64,000 bases of DNA from Mobula hypostoma. Its lineage: Eukaryota. Positions within the stretch are counted from its first letter, which is position 1; the number at the start of each line of letters is the position of its first letter. Below are positions 62,255 to 64,000 of the stretch, in pieces. The notes beneath the pieces were generated by a model that saw only the letters and a list, made by a program, of their open reading frames with translations, did no database searches and was not told the DNA's origin. The stretch spans positions 120,158,001-120,222,000 of the forward strand of contig NC_086097.1 in the NCBI RefSeq assembly GCF_963921235.1, read 5' to 3'. The position numbers were made by a program, and so were the translations under genes.

Positions 62255-63630
62255 ATTGTCCGGGTAATTATAGACTAGTGAGCCTTATGTCTGTGGTGGG
62301 AACACTGTTGGAAAAGATTCTTAGAGATAGGGTCTATGGGCATTTAGAGAATCGTGGTGTGGTCAGGGACAGTCAGGGTGGCTTTGTGAAGGGTAGATCG
62401 TGTCTAACAAGCCTGGTAGAGTTCTTTGAGGAGGTGACCAGGCATATAGATGAGGGTAGTGCAGTGGATGTGATCTATATGGATTTTAGTAAGACAAGGT
62501 TCCACGCTGTAGGCTTACTCAGAAAGTCAGAAAGCATGGGATCCAGGGAAGTTTGGCCAGGTGGATTCAGAATTAGCTTACCTGCAGAAAGCATAGGGTC
62601 ATGGTGGAGGGAGTACATTCGGATTGGAGGATTGTGACTAGTGGTGTGCCACAAGGATCAGTTCTGGGACCTCTACTTTTCGTGATTTTTATGAACGACC
62701 TGGATGTGGGGGTAGAAGGGTGGTTTGGCAAGTTTGCAGATGACGCAAAGGTTGGTGGTGTTGTAGATAGTGTAGAGGATTGTGGAAGTTTGCAGAGAGA
62801 AATTGATAGGATGCAGAAGTGGGCTGAAAAGTGGCAGATGGAGTTCAACCCAGAGAAGTGTGAGGTGGTACACTTTGGAAGGATAAACTCCAAGGCAGAG
62901 TACAAAGTAAATGGCAGGATACTTGGTAGTGTAGAGGAGCAGAGGGATCTGGGGATACATGTCCACAGATCCCTGAAAGTTGCCTCACAGGAGATAGGGT
63001 AGTTAAGAAAGCTTATGGGGTGTTAGCTTTCATAAATCGAGGGACAGAGTTTAAGAGTCACAAAGTAATAATGCAGCTCTATAAAACTCTGGTCAGGCCA
63101 CATTTGGAGTACTGTGTCCAGTTCTGGTCGCCTCACTATAGGAAGGATGTGGAAACATTGGAAAGGGTACAGAGGAGATTTACCAGGATGCTGCCTGGTT
63201 TAGAGAGTATGGATTATGATCAGAGATTAAGGGAGCTAGTGCTTTACTCTTTGGAGAGAAGGAGGATGAGAGGAGACATGATAGAGGTATACAAGATATT
63301 AAGAGGAATAGATAGAGTGGACAGCCAGCACCTCTTCCCCAGGGCACCACTGCTCAATACAAGAGGACATGGCTTTAAGGTAAGGAGCGGGAAGTTCAAG
63401 GGGAATATTAGAGGAAGGTTTTTTTTACTCGTAGAGTGGTTGGTGCGTGGAATGCACTGCCTGAGTCAGTGGTGGAGGCAGATATACTAGTGACATTTAA
63501 GAGACTACTAGACAGGTATATGAAGAAATTTAAGGTGGGGGGTTATATGGGAGGCAGGGTTAAGGGTCGTCAGAACATTGTGGGCCAAAAGGCCTGTACT
63601 GTGCTGTACTATTTTATGTTATATGTTCTA
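62255..63630 (+). mobile_element. CR1 LINE RT to 3' end
   Basis: ORFs 62215-62637, 62601-63002 (GVPQGSVLGP, KFADD) and 63020-63490. Confidence 0.92.
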
Positions 63631-64000
63631 TAAAGTGTAGTCTCATCAATGCCTCATAATGCCACAGTGTTACTCCCTTGCTTTTATGTTCTAATTCTCT
63701 CAAAATTAATGCTAACATTGTATTTACCATCCTTATCACTGACTCAAACAGCAAGTTACATTTATGGAATCCTGCATGAGGACTCTCAAGTCCCTTTGCA
63801 CCACTCCAGCTGAATTTTCTTCCCATTTAGAAAATGGTCAACCCTTTTATTCCTCTAGGAAAATGCATGACCAAACATTTCCCTGCACTGTATTCCATCA
63901 GCCACTCCTCTCTCCATTCTCCTCATCTGTCTAAGCCCTTCTGCAGACTCCTTGTTTCCTTAAAATTATCTTCCTCCTCCAAATTTATTTATATCATCCA

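Larger units (their letters stand above)
61560..64000 (-). mobile_element. Decayed CR1 (segments 61560-62225 and 63635-64000) hosting two insertions
   Basis: RRNFFSRR.VN.W..LPQ in ORF 61617-61886; ESVIRMVNTMLALILRELEHKSK in ORF 63614-63826. Confidence 0.8.

Overview
Eukaryotic, repeat-dominated genomic DNA. The repeat families (V-SINE/HE1-like SINEs, many CR1 and Rex1/Babar LINEs, Penelope-like elements) suggest a cartilaginous fish, probably a ray; this is inference. Most of the window is layered, degenerate mobile DNA. It includes a Gmr1-type Gypsy fragment (gag-PR-INT order), an ERV-L/Fv1-like gag relic, a complete 6.6-kb two-LTR Gypsy element with PNMA-like gag, nested CR1 and Rex1 LINEs, Tc1- and hAT-derived non-autonomous elements, and Penelope GIY-YIG retroelements. 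The most striking unlisted signal is a minimal type I hammerhead ribozyme motif (AGTC-CTGAYGA-A-GGG...CCC-GAAAC-GTC-GACT). It occurs about a dozen times, at Penelope 3' ends and as short stand-alone TSD-flanked retroposons; one intact copy sits in an 88-bp-arm hairpin at a re-used target site. A few minus-strand candidate coding exons of an unidentified host gene lie in the unique sequence. No intact annotated gene, rRNA, tRNA or CRISPR array was seen. Repeat boundaries were read by eye and are approximate unless a TSD is quoted.
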